A DNA stretch of 64,000 bases from Octopus sinensis (Eukaryota). A program made the position numbers and the translations under genes. Position 1 is the first letter of the stretch, and each line of letters opens with the position of its first letter. The stretch covers positions 107,632,001 through 107,696,000 of the forward strand of contig NC_043002.1 of NCBI RefSeq assembly GCF_006345805.1, written 5' to 3'. Below are positions 52,501 to 64,000 of the stretch, one piece after another. Under the pieces are notes generated by a model, which did no database searches, had not been told where the DNA came from, and saw only the letters and a program-made list of their open reading frames with translations.

Positions 52501-53196
52501 CAGTAATCCCTCGCCATATCGCGGTTCACCATATCGCGGTTCACCATATCGCGGTTCACCATATCGCGGTTCACCATATCGCGGTTCACCTATCGCTGTT
52601 TATTATTTAAGCTTATGTCGATTCCTCCACGGTGTTGTTTTGCATTTATGATAAAATAAATATTCGCTTTACTCTCTTTTACTCTTTTACTTGTTTCAGT
52701 CATTTGACTGTGGCTATGCTGGAGCACCGCCTTTAGTCGACCAAATCGACTCCAGGACTTATTCTTTGTAAGCCTAGTACTTATTCTATCGGTTTCTTTT
52801 GCCGAACCGCTAAGTTACGGGGAGGTAAACACACCAGCATCGGTTGTCAAGCAATGTTGGGGGACAAACACAGACACACACACATGCATATATATATATA
52901 TATACGACGGGCTTCTTTTAGTTTCCGTCTACCAAATCCACTCACAAGGCTTTGGTCGGCCCGAGGCGATAGTTGAAGACACTTGCCCAAGGTGCCACGC
53001 AGTGGGACTGAACCCGGAACCATGTGGTTCGTAAGCAAGCTACTTACCACACAGCCACTCTTACGCCTATATACAAATTATAAAAACAATCTTTAAAAAA
53101 TATACAATACAGTACTGTTTCAACTTCGCGGATTTTCACCTATCGCGGGGGTTGGGGGGTTGGAACGTAACATCCGCGATAGTCGTGGGATTAGAG
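52501..53196. mobile_element. Tigger/pogo-like MITE with TA TSD and a 15-bp subrepeat
   Basis: TA|CAGTAATCCCTCG..CGTGGGATTAGAG|TA; (CCATATCGCGGTTCA) x4-5; contains a SINE A insertion. Confidence 0.75.
52668..53068 (-). mobile_element. SINE family A nested in the MITE
   Basis: Family A pattern. Confidence 0.9.
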
Positions 53197-54204
53197 TATA
53201 TGTCTTTATGCTTGTATTTGTTACCCCCACCGCTTGACAGCTATTTTGTTTTTCCAAATTGACAAATGCTGGTGTTGATTATGTCGTTTCTTTATTTGCC
53301 ATCCAACGGATGGGACTTTGTGAGTTTTCCCTTCGCCATTTTCTCATTTCAGCCATTCGCTACCATCACAAGATTCTCGTTTAAGAAGAAGGAGACTCAC
53401 TCAAGTGTTTCACCGTTTCTCCTTCTTACAACAAACCATTTTCTTCTTCACCTATTGAACTGATTATCTTCGCTGATTATCAACTAAGATTAACATTAGT
53501 TCGTAACGACCCTAGTACTTCACGAACTTTTTTCAATGTGAACATAGCTGAATATTTCGACCTTAGTATGTAATTAATACTATATTTTATGGATTCTGGA
53601 ATGATAAAAGATAAATTAGACCTCACCAAAACCTGAATCTCTTTCTTACATATTATTACAAATGGACAAACTTATCAAAGGTATGTCAGCGGGAGGGAGG
53701 GAGCATGAGAATACGTGGAATATTTTTTGAGTACATTTTACCGCAGTAAAATAGATAAACGTGGTGCCAATGTAATATCATCCAGTAAATAATTTATTTA
53801 TAATAGATATCAGGTAATCGTTGCAACTAACTGCTGCATCCACTGCCAGAAAAAAAAAAAATTTTTTGCACTTGTTTTGTTACGAGAATGAAACGGCGCG
53901 AATGGTGATGTATGGAAGCAAGGAAGTGTAACAATGAAAATATGATTTGCGTAGCATCTGGAATATTAATTTGGTTGGTAGTTCCGCATTTCTATTTCTG
54001 CAATAGAACTTCTTCGGTAGACAGGAAAACAATGGAAAGATACTAAAAACTAAATTGGGCGTAGCTTGAGCTTCTGCCGTGAACGTAAAGAGCTAAACAG
54101 GGAAAAATAATGATTCGGTTTAGTGAATCGCGTAAACCTAGATATGTAATTGAAGGTAAATAACATATTTACGCGTTAAGGACTTTCCAAAGGCTTATAG
54201 TAGT

Positions 54205-54587
54205 GGAGGCGCAATGGCCCAGCGGTTAGGGCAGCGGACTCGCCGTCACAGGATCGCGGTTTCGATTCCCAGACCGGGCGTTGGGAGTGTTTATTGAGCG
54301 AAAACACCTAAAGCTCCACGAGGCTCCGGCAGGGGATGGTGGTGATCCCTGCTGTACTCTTTCACCACAACTTTCTCTCACTCTTACTCCCTGTTTCTGT
54401 TGTACCTGTATTTCAAAGGGCCTGCCTTGTCACTCTCTGTGTCACGCTGAATATCCCCGAGAACTACGTTAAGTGTACACGTGTCTGTGGAGTGCTCAGC
54501 CACTTACACGTTAATTTCACGAGCAGGCTGTTCCGTTGATTCGGATCAACCGGAACCCTCGTCGTCGTAACCGACGGAGTGCTTCCG
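54205..54587 (+). mobile_element. SINE family B, full length
   Basis: Flanking direct repeat AAAGGCTTATA at 54189-54199 and 54588-54598. Confidence 0.9.
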
Positions 54588-54896
54588 AAAGGCTTATAAA
54601 AGCGTTACAGAGAGAAACCGATTTCTGCAAGAAATAGGAACTGGACCGGACACTTGGTTTATCAAGAGCTTATCTGATTCCATTCTACGGAATTGACTAA
54701 AAGTGTGTGGTTCAAATATTGGAATATTTTGTTGATATTATGTCTTTCTTTACTACCCTCCCCACAAAAAGGCTGTTAATGTGTGTGTTAAATTAAGGTT
54801 GTTATTTTAGTACAAATTTAAACATAACAACGCAAAATTTGCTGATGACGGAGACTCAACAGTCTTTTCTACTCTAGGCACAAGGCCCGAAATTTG

Positions 54897-54994
<98 letters not shown>

Positions 54995-55193
54995 AATTAT
55001 GGCAGTAGTTGATGTTTAGTTATTAGCTACTGAGTCAGTATTAATGCTAACAGTTAATGTTTATATCCAATTTAACACGGATGCCTTGTTAGAACACCGG
55101 ATACTGCGTTGTCAACCTTGAGAGGCGCTTGGAGCATAAAAGCAAACATTTATATCATAGCAGACGAAATCCATCTGACATGGGCGCTGGAAT

Positions 55194-55237
55194 TCCTACA
55201 TCACGTGATTTCGGTCTACTGAACCTCATCTGTGGGA
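55194..55237 (-). ncRNA. Degenerate hammerhead motif
   Basis: Minus: TCCCA CAGATGA GGTT-CAGTA-GACC GAAAT CACGTG ATG TAGGA; U4>A and mutated triplet. Confidence 0.5.
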
Positions 55238-55339
55238 AGCACCAGTCACCACATGCAAGTTAAATGTTGCTGTTACAATATATAGAATTTCAACATCTTT
55301 TCAGTCACCGATATCACAAATAGCCAGCAGGGTTATTAA

Positions 55340-55489
55340 AAACAGGTATTGTTTTAGCCTTCAGATTCCACATTTTGCTAATTTCTATTTCAAGATCTTT
55401 ATATTTGCTCAGTTTTTGGTAGGTCTTGAAAGATACGTTTATATCGATTGGGACAGTCATATCGATAAGGAGGCATGAATTTTGTCTGA

Positions 55490-55495
<6 letters not shown>
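55340..55495 (-). mobile_element. R4/Dong RLE fragment (another subfamily) next to (AAT)n
   Basis: [45 protein letters not shown]. Confidence 0.85.
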
Positions 55496-55588
<93 letters not shown>

Positions 55589-55997
55589 AATCATGTTCTC
55601 GAGCAAATTTTTATCGTTTTATGAATAAATTATTAAATCGGTGATGAATCACGCTGCTTCCTGCTTAAAGTCAAATATGATCAACTATTTGAAATTTTTG
55701 AAATTTGAAGTTAAACTTTTTCACTCCGTGAACTGCCTCTACTCGTTGTCAACGCCTCACTAAATCACTCTAGAAATTTGTGATTTAGACTGTTGTTTGG
55801 GTGGTATGCATGCGAGGTTGCATGTGAATGACACAACAACACAAAACAAACATGTAATAGAAACGTTTATTTCACCGCACATCTAATATTGGGGTTGGCC
55901 AGGAATTATAAACTCTCACAAGAATAATTCAGTAGCGTTCATAAATAGCTGATTACAAAAGCTCTGTACTAAAGCTTATCAAGACATGAGAATATAT

Positions 55998-56381
55998 ACA
56001 CAGTAGAACCATGAAGGCCAATTATATCGACATATCCAAGCAGTTAGTCTCGAAAGCGATTATTATAAGCGGCAAGAGAGTGTGTGGAGCTGGACCGCAG
56101 GTTACCGCGTATTTTACAAGATGGTGTTTAGATCAAGTCTTCGTATAACTCTTGTACTGAGAAATTCCAGAAGGATCTAGAACCTATCACACAGTAGAAC
56201 CATGAAGGCCAATTATATCAACATATCCAAGCAGTTAGTCTCGAAAGCGATTATTATAAGCGGCAAGAGAGTGTGTGGAGCTAGACCGCAGGTTACCGCG
56301 TATTTTACAAGATGGTGCTTAGATCAAGTCTTCGTATAACTCTTGTACTGAGAAATTCCAGAAGGATCTAGAACGTATCAC
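55998..56381. repeat. Tandem duplication, 2 x 191 bp
   Basis: ACACAGTAGAACCATGAAGG.. starts at 55998 and 56189. Confidence 0.9.
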
Positions 56382-56855
56382 GCGATGTCTGGCTGTTGAA
56401 TCATCCGTAACTCGAACTCTCGCGTGAACTAGGTTGTGCTTTGACGTGACTTAAACTTCGTAATTTGATGTCTCGGTTTGTACGGAAGAGAGCAATGACG
56501 CCCGTTACGCTCAAAATTCACTCAATCGTTTAACAAGTTGGTATATTATAAACGAAGTCTCCATTAAATTAAGCGTTTGTTATATTAAGATAATCTTCGG
56601 TCCAATTATAAATGTGTTTTGAAGTAAACTTAATATTTTTAGCCAACACTGAGAGATTTTTGGCAAATATAAACAAATAAATCTTGTTATCTCTTTAATT
56701 ATTCACACCCGATGCTTTATATAATAACAACAATAAATGAATTGAATTTGAGATCAGCAAAGCTTACATTTTGTAAACGAAAGCAATTGATGTACAGAAA
56801 CCACTACAGGGTGTGTGTGTATATACATACATACATACATACATACATACATACA

Positions 56856-56901
<46 letters not shown>

Positions 56902-57158
56902 CTCTTTTACTTGTTTCACTCATTTGACTGTGGCCATGCTGGAACACCGCAGTTAATCGAGCATTTCGACCCCAGGAATTATTCTTTATAAGCCCAGTAC
57001 TTATTCTCTCGGTCGCTTTTGCCGAACCGCTAAGTTACGGGTACGTAAACATACCAGCATCGGTTGTCAGGCAAAGTTGGGGGGACAAACTCAGACACAC
57101 ACACATACACACACATACATATATATATATATGTATATATACATACATATATATATAT

Positions 57159-58871
57159 CACCACCTTCTATTCCCCTCTGCCCTCTAACCCCACACGTAG
57201 CTACCAACAGACGGTATCCTCTACTGTCCACGACCTCATCTCGTCCTCCCGTCTCCCCCGCACCGCATCCAACCTAATTGTGCTAACTCCACGTACCCCC
57301 ACCATTTACTTCCTCCCCAAAATCCACAAAAATATTCTCTAATTTCACTGGTCCCACTCCTGAACTATATGGTCGTTACATTGACGACATTATCGGTGCC
57401 ACCTCACTCTCCCGCGAACATCTAGATTCCTTCCTCTCTTTCGTCCAATCTTTCCATCCAGCCCTCCACTTCACTTCCACTATCTCCAACACCTCTGTCT
57501 CCTTCCTCGACATTTCGGTTAGCATTCTTCACTCCACTCTTACCACCTCCATTCACTACAAACACACAGACTCACACTCATACCTCAACTTCTCTTCCTC
57601 CCACCCAGAACCCACCAAGCTTTCCATCCCCTATTCCCAATTCCTCCGTCTACGTAGGCTCTGTAGTGACGACCATGACTTTGAGACTCAGTCTCAACGT
57701 ATGGCTCACCACTTCACCCTACGTGGATACCCCCTCACCACTATCCACACCGCCCTTGCCAGAGCACGGTCCGTGGACCGTGTATCTGCTCTCTCCCCCG
57801 AACCCGCCCTGTAGTCTCCCGCCTCCCTTTTCCCCTCACTTACCACCCCACGACCCTACGTCTCCAACGCACCATTCTTCGAGCTTTCCGTCATCTCCAG
57901 TCCGACCCGTCCACTTCACACTCTCTCCCTACCCAACCGACCCCTCCCCTCTTTCAAACGAGCCCACAACCTTCGAGACCTTTTGGTCCATAGCTCCTTC
58001 CCTGACCCTACCTCCCAACCCGACTCGTTCGGGACGCCGCTTGGCTGACCGGTTCGCGGAACACCTTCGTGACATCCACCTTGCGAACGACACACCGGTC
58101 TCACGCCATTTCCGCTCCACCGGTCACTCCTTGCAACACCTATCTGTGTTCGGTTTGTCCTTACACAGAGGCCATCCGGATTCCCGTTTGCGCCGTGAAC
58201 AGGAATTAATCTTCTCTCTTCGCTCTTATACGCCATTTGGTCTCAACTCTCCCCCCTCCTCATCTAAACCCCCCCCTCTCCCCTCCTACCTATCCTTTCC
58301 CCCCCCCCCGACCCATACTTCTTCAGTCCTTCATCCTTTCACCCCTACTCCCCTTCCCTTCTTCCCTCTTCTCCCTCCCTCCTTCCCTCTTCCCCTTCCC
58401 TCTGCTCCTCACTCCCTCTCTCCCCTTCTCTTCGTCCCCCTCTCCCTCTTTCCTCCCCTTCCTCCCCTCCCCTCCCCTTCCTTCTCCCCCTCCTCTCCTC
58501 TTCCCCCCTCCTCCTCCCCCTCTTCTTCCCCTCCCCTTCTTCCCCCCTCTTCTTCCCCCCTCTTCTCCCCTCCCCTCTTCTCCTCACTACACCACACGAC
58601 GTTACACATCACATCATATATGATGTGCCATACTAATACATACACCATTAATACATACTATACGTACTATACATACTAATACATACTAATACATACACCA
58701 ACCCTATACATACACACGTCCAGACCCCGCATATGCACTTATACTCTCTCATACACACACACACACACTTATACATACTAATACGTACTAATACATACTA
58801 ATACATACTAATACATACACCAACCCCATACATACGCACGTCCAGACCAATCCTACGCACTAATACTCTCT

Positions 58872-58918
<47 letters not shown>

Positions 58919-59276
58919 ATACATACTAATACATACACCAACCCTATACATACACACGTCCAGACCCCTCCTACGCACTATTAGCTGGTCCTTCAACCCT
59001 ATTATCTACCCTTATTTCGCTCTCGCGTCTCATGTTTGATCTTTGACCTCTGGCCGAAATCAGATCGCCATGTTGATTCGTTAGCTACTGCACGCATTTT
59101 TTTTCTCTCCTTCTTTCTGTGTTTTTTTTTCTCTCTGTGTATCTTTCTGTTGAAGAGCGTAGGCTCGAAACGTTAAAGACTTGTTTTATTTATATTTCCT
59201 GAGCGCCATACTAATACAATTGTTCGTTTGTTTTCCACCTGCCTTCGTCTTTTGTCTATTTTCCTAAAGCTTCCCG

Positions 59277-59277
<1 letters not shown>
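57159..59277 (+). mobile_element. Penelope-like element: RT + GIY-YIG remnants with internal deletions, and 3' UTR/pLTR
   Basis: YFLPKIHK, YGRYIDDI, SFLDI, YKHTDSHSYL..SSHP..SIPYSQFLRLRRLCS, RRLADRFAEH..PVSRHF..RLRREQELIF..PFGLN. Confidence 0.92.
59142..59179 (+). ncRNA. Minimal PLE hammerhead motif (A6>U)
   Basis: TCTTT CTGTTGA A GAGC-GTAG-GCTC GAAAC GTT AAAGA in the PLE 3' end. Confidence 0.7.
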
Positions 59278-59313
<36 letters not shown>

Positions 59314-59734
59314 TACATACATATACATATACATGACGGGCTTCTTTCAGTTTCCGTCTACCAAATCCACTCACAAGGCTTTGTTCAACCCGAGGCTATA
59401 GTAGAAGACACTTGCCCAAGGTGCCACGCAGTGGGACTGAACCCGGAATCATGTGGTTAGTAATCAAGCTACTTACCACACAGCCACTCCTAAGAAATAA
59501 ATGCTTGACTTCTGCAGGTGAACTGAATCAGATTCGAAACTATGCCAACTCAACACCCTTGTTTTTCTTCTGTCCAGCAGATAACAACAATCATATTCTT
59601 CTATATTTTTCAGACGGTTCAAGGCGTTGGCTGAAAATACAAAGTTTATTCAAATATGCGTTTATAATTATCAATACACACACACACACTGCGGTTTTAT
59701 GTCGTACTAATTAATTTTTGGTAATTTAACGGTA

Positions 59735-60256
59735 CTACACAGGAAGGTTGCATCAATGGAACAGTTGTGCTACTGGCAGAAGCTGGAAGAGCTCCGTCAC
59801 TATTCCCTGAAGCGAAGACGGAGGAGATATGTAGTGGTAGACGTATGGAAGATCCTGGAGGGGTTATCACTTAACTTTGGCATCGATAGCCGTACCAGTT
59901 TCCGTACTGGACGTTTCTGCACTGTTCCAAAGGTTCTAGCTATGAGGCTCACGTACTGCAATAGCTTGGGATTTAAGGGCCCACGGCTATTTATTTAATA
60001 CCTTGCCAAAACATCTGTGGGATCTACATGGTGTAGGGTTAGATGTTATCAAGAAACAACTTGATCTCTTGCGCGCCAAGGTCCCAGATAAACCTGCACC
60101 ACGGCAAGAATCTCAAAAGAAGGCGGTGATATTGAACTCCCCACTTCACCAAAAACCAGTCGCAAAAGAATGACTATTGAAAAAGTGATAACACTGGTGG
60201 TGCCCCAAAATGACCACAGCCTTTGGGCTTAAGTGCATAAAAGAATAAAAGAATAA
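59735..60256 (+). mobile_element. CR1-type LINE 3' end
   Basis: YWQKLEELRHYSLKRRRRRY..VWKILEG, NSLGFKGPRLF, KKQLD..VPDKP; (TAAAAGAA)n tail. Confidence 0.8.
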
Positions 60257-60685
60257 CTAATAATTCTACCTACCAATACACTATGTGATCCGAAGTCCGT
60301 AGGCCAGGCCTTACACCCTCAACTCTTTGATGGAGTCGTAAAGGAGCCGTCGTAAAATACGGCGGGACTTGGTCATTCTTTATATTTAGGCCTAGAAGAT
60401 TCCATCTCTCTCCAAGTTCGATTAGAATCGATTTCTTTTAGACAAAAAGACAGGGAGGCGGGAGAAAGAGAAAGACCAATTCCAGAACAGGACTGGTATT
60501 TAATGCATTGTACTTTATGAATTGCAGTTTATGTATTGTACTTTATATACTGTACTTCGATATATATATATATATAATTAATATTAATGGACGAATTTGA
60601 TAGACGGAAACTACGTGGAGGCCGTATGCGTAAATAAACACACACATATATATTCATGTGTGTGTATGTGTGTATGTGTGTGTGT

Positions 60686-60720
<35 letters not shown>

Positions 60721-61100
60721 ATATATATGTAATTGTGTGTTTACTCCCACACGACAACACTTGACAACCGGTGTTGGTTTGTTTACGTCTCCATAACTTT
60801 GCAGCTCAGAAAGAGACCGGCAGAATATGTACTAGACTTCGAGTAAGTACTAGCGTCGATTTGCTCTTTGTAGATGGCGCTCGACTGAAACGAGTGAAAG
60901 AATAAAAAAAATAACGCATAGTGTATATGGAGCAACATTATCGCGCGTCCCTCCTTTCTTTCGATGCTAAAGTGTGACATGACGGGGCTTCGGCTTCTAT
61001 TTCTAGCGCGCTCGTTAGCTCGATGTCAGTAGTTGTTATTAGCCCCAGGTTAACGTTCATTGAGCAAATATGTGATCCAAACCATTTCATTCATGACCAT

Positions 61101-61510
61101 AGGCGTAGGAGTGGCTGTGTGGTAAGTAGCTTGCTTACGAACCACATGGTTCCGGGTTCATACCCACTGCCTGGCACCTTGGGCAAGTATCTTCTACTAT
61201 AGCCTTGGGCTGACTAAAGCCTTGTGAGTGGATTTGGTAGATGGAAACTGAAAGAAGCCCGTCGTATATATGTACACATATGTGTGTGTGTGTGTGTGTG
61301 TGTTTGTATGTCTGTGTTTGTCCCCCAACATCACTTGACAACCGATGCTGGTGTGTTTACGTCCCCGTAACTTAGCGGGCTTACTAGGCTTACAAGTACT
61401 AGGCTTACAAAGAATAAGTCCCGGGGTCGATTTGCTCGAGTAAAGGCGGTGCTCCAGCATGGCCACAGTCAAATGACTGAAACAAGTAAAAGAGTAAAAA
61501 GAGTAAAGAG
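61101..61510 (+). mobile_element. SINE family A
   Basis: Family A pattern with small internal rearrangement. Confidence 0.9.
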
Positions 61511-61809
61511 TATCCCATCCTTTTTCTGCATCTAGAACTCTATTGTCCAACGTGGACATCCATACTGTAAGAAGGTAGGAAGTGAACTAAAGAAGATTTA
61601 GCTGCTATTTCTAACACCTGGTGTGACAACGCAGACATTACATTTTTTCGGCGTAGTTTTATGATGAAGGAGATGCTTTGTTGTATTCCATTCATTAATA
61701 ATAAAAAAAAATTCCCGCTGAGACAAAAAAACTCTGGCGGGAAGAAAGTAAATGAAGGTTAACATAGTTAAATGTTTTGCCAATATTTTGATGTAATTAG
61801 CTTTGTGTG

Positions 61810-61899
<90 letters not shown>

Positions 61900-62044
61900 A
61901 AATCACATTTTGACCACATACATTGATATATGAAGCCGGTAAAATACTTGGCGAGATCAAAATTTGGCAGTTTACCACAAGGAAATGCATATTTCTGTAA
62001 ATATGGATTAACGAATATGTTTTACTAGTGTCTATGTGTGCGTG

Positions 62045-62362
62045 CGTGTGTGTGTGTGTGTGTGGTGTAAGATGTATGATGATCTTTTTTTTTTACATGT
62101 TTCAGTCATGTGACTGCTACCATTCTGGAGCAACTCCTTGAAGAGTTTTAGTCGAAGAAATAGACCCTAGGACTTATTTCAGAAGACTACTTCAAGGAAA
62201 TTGTGTGTGTGTGTGTGTTGTGTGTGTGTGTAAGATGTATAATGATCTTTTTTTTACATGTTTCAGTCATGTGACTGCTGCCATTCTGGAGCAACGTCTT
62301 GAAGAGTTTTAGTCGAAGAAATAGACCCTAGGACTTATTTTAGAAGACTACTGCAAGGAAAT
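62045..62362. repeat. ~160 bp tandem duplication containing a SINE A tail remnant
   Basis: GTAAGATGTAT..CAAGGAAATT occurs twice. Confidence 0.85.
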
Positions 62363-62554
62363 TAAATGCCGAATTGATATGCATTGAGTTTCCTTTTTAT
62401 AGCCCCAGCTCAGATACTTTTCGATCAGACCTCGTAATTAACGTAAATAGCTACACATTTAACAAGCATTATTTTTTTATTTCTCTCTCTAGTTTCAGCT
62501 CAGAGCTGCGGTCATGCTGATGCACCGCCGTTTATGGCCATTTGTCTATATTCA

Positions 62555-62959
62555 TTCTTTTCTACTCTCGGCACAAGGCCCGAAATTTTAGGGGAGGGGG
62601 TCAGTCGATTAGATCGACCCCAGTACAGTACGCAACTGGTACTTAATTTATCGACCCTGAAAGGATGAAAGGCAAAGAGTATCTCTACAGAATTTGAACG
62701 CAAAACGTAAGGACAGAAAAAATACCTATTTCTTTATTACCCACAAGGGGCTAAACATAGAGGGGACAAACAAGGACAGACATAGGTATTAAGTCGATTA
62801 CATCGACCCCAGTGCGTAACTGGTACTTAATTTATCGACCCTGAAAGGATGAAAGGCAAAGAGTATCTCTACGGAATTTGAACACAAAATGTATGGACAG
62901 AAGAAATACCGCTAAGCATTTCGTCCGGTGTGCTAACGTTTCTGCCAGCTCGCTGCCTT
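62555..62959 (-). mobile_element. SINE family D dimer
   Basis: TSD ATTTGTCTATAT at 62540-62551 and 62961-62972. Confidence 0.9.
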
Positions 62960-63196
62960 AATTTGTCTATATGGATTAAAGATTCTAAGTTAGCTTTGTA
63001 ACCTGCGTAAATGCAATCTTTCTGCAAGGATTAGTGCTAATAAAAAAAGGAATTAGCGGTGATAATGATTGTAAAAAATTCCATCGATCAGCTTTCAATG
63101 TCAAGATGTTGGTAGCCATGGGTTATGGAATGAACTTAACAACAACACGACTAACAACAACGGACCCCAGCGTTCCAACTGACACCTCAAATAATC

Positions 63197-63779
63197 CTTT
63201 CTACTATAGACACAAGGCCTGAAATTTTTGGGGGAGGGGATAGTCGATTACATCGACCCCAATGTTTTACTGGTACTTAATTTATCGCTCCCGAAAGGAT
63301 GAAAGGCAAAGTCGACCACGGTGGTGTTTGAACTCAGAACGTTGCGTCAGTGAAATACCTATTCCTTTGCTACACACAAAGGGCTAAACACAGAGAGGAC
63401 AAACAAGGACAGACAAACGGATTAAGTCGGTTATATCGACCCCAGTGCGTAACTGGTACTTAATTTATCGACCTCGAGAAGATGAAAGGCAAAGTCGACC
63501 GCGGCGGAATTTGAAACTCAGAACGAAACGGCAGACGAAATACCTATTTCTTTATTACCCACAAGGGGCTAAACATAGAGGGGACAAACAAAGACAGACA
63601 TAGGTATTAAGTCGATTACATCGACCCCAGTGCGTAACTGGTACTTAATTTATCGACCCCGAAAGGATGAAAGGCAAAGTCGACCACGGCGGAATTTGAA
63701 ACTCAGAACGAAACGGCAGACGAAATACCGCTAAGCATTTCGCCCTGCGTTCTAACGTTTCTGCCAGCTCACCGCCTTT
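63197..63779 (-). mobile_element. SINE family D trimer
   Basis: TSD ACACCTCAAATAAT at 63182-63195 and 63781-63794. Confidence 0.9.
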
Positions 63780-64000
63780 CACACCTCAAATAATGGCGGC
63801 ATTACAACAAAACAAAGAATATTTCATTCTAATTGTTAATTAATTTTTGTATATGCAAGTTGGCTTGACTCGAGATTGTCCACTCATTTCTTTTTTTTTT
63901 TTTTTTTCTTAACCTTTCTTATTTAAGGATAACTCAATAAAATGTGACAGTCTTTGGGTAGATATACTCTCACGAAGATGGTCTGACACCGAGTCATCCA

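Larger units (their letters stand above)
56901..59491 (-). mobile_element. SINE family A split by a Penelope insertion (halves ~56901-57110 and ~59335-59491)
   Basis: Collinear halves; the break lies in the internal (TA)n. Confidence 0.85.

Noticed and set aside
52515-52590. 15-bp repeat giving an NRDMV/SPYRG repeat ORF
   Set aside because: Subterminal repeat expansion within a Tigger-like MITE
57666-58679. 337-aa ORF as a host gene
   Set aside because: Mixture of off-frame PLE RT, in-frame GIY-YIG tail and C/T low-complexity sequence

Overview
64 kb of AT-rich, non-coding eukaryotic DNA made almost entirely of microsatellites and nested transposable elements. I could not identify any host-gene exon, and nearly all listed ORFs are microsatellite artefacts or TE remnants. 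The repeat content resembles an octopod cephalopod genome (inference). Recognisable components: four tRNA-headed SINE families (labelled A, B, D, F here); decayed R4/Dong-type (RLE), RTE, CR1-type and Tx1/L1-type LINE pieces; an ORF1-only (HAL1-like) retroelement; Penelope-like elements (PLEs); non-autonomous Helitrons; hAT, Tigger-like and piggyBac-like MITEs; and a mariner fragment. The main hidden signal is about ten sequence-diverse minimal type I hammerhead-ribozyme motifs (CUGANGA..GAAAC..GUH with a palindromic stem III), several well formed, on PLE-like modules sitting in or beside (TA)n/(AAT)n tracts. Other signals are repeated local inverted (fold-back) duplications and SINE heads carrying different LINE-derived tails whose apparent donor LINEs lie in the same window. 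All alignments and folds were done by eye, so boundaries are approximate.
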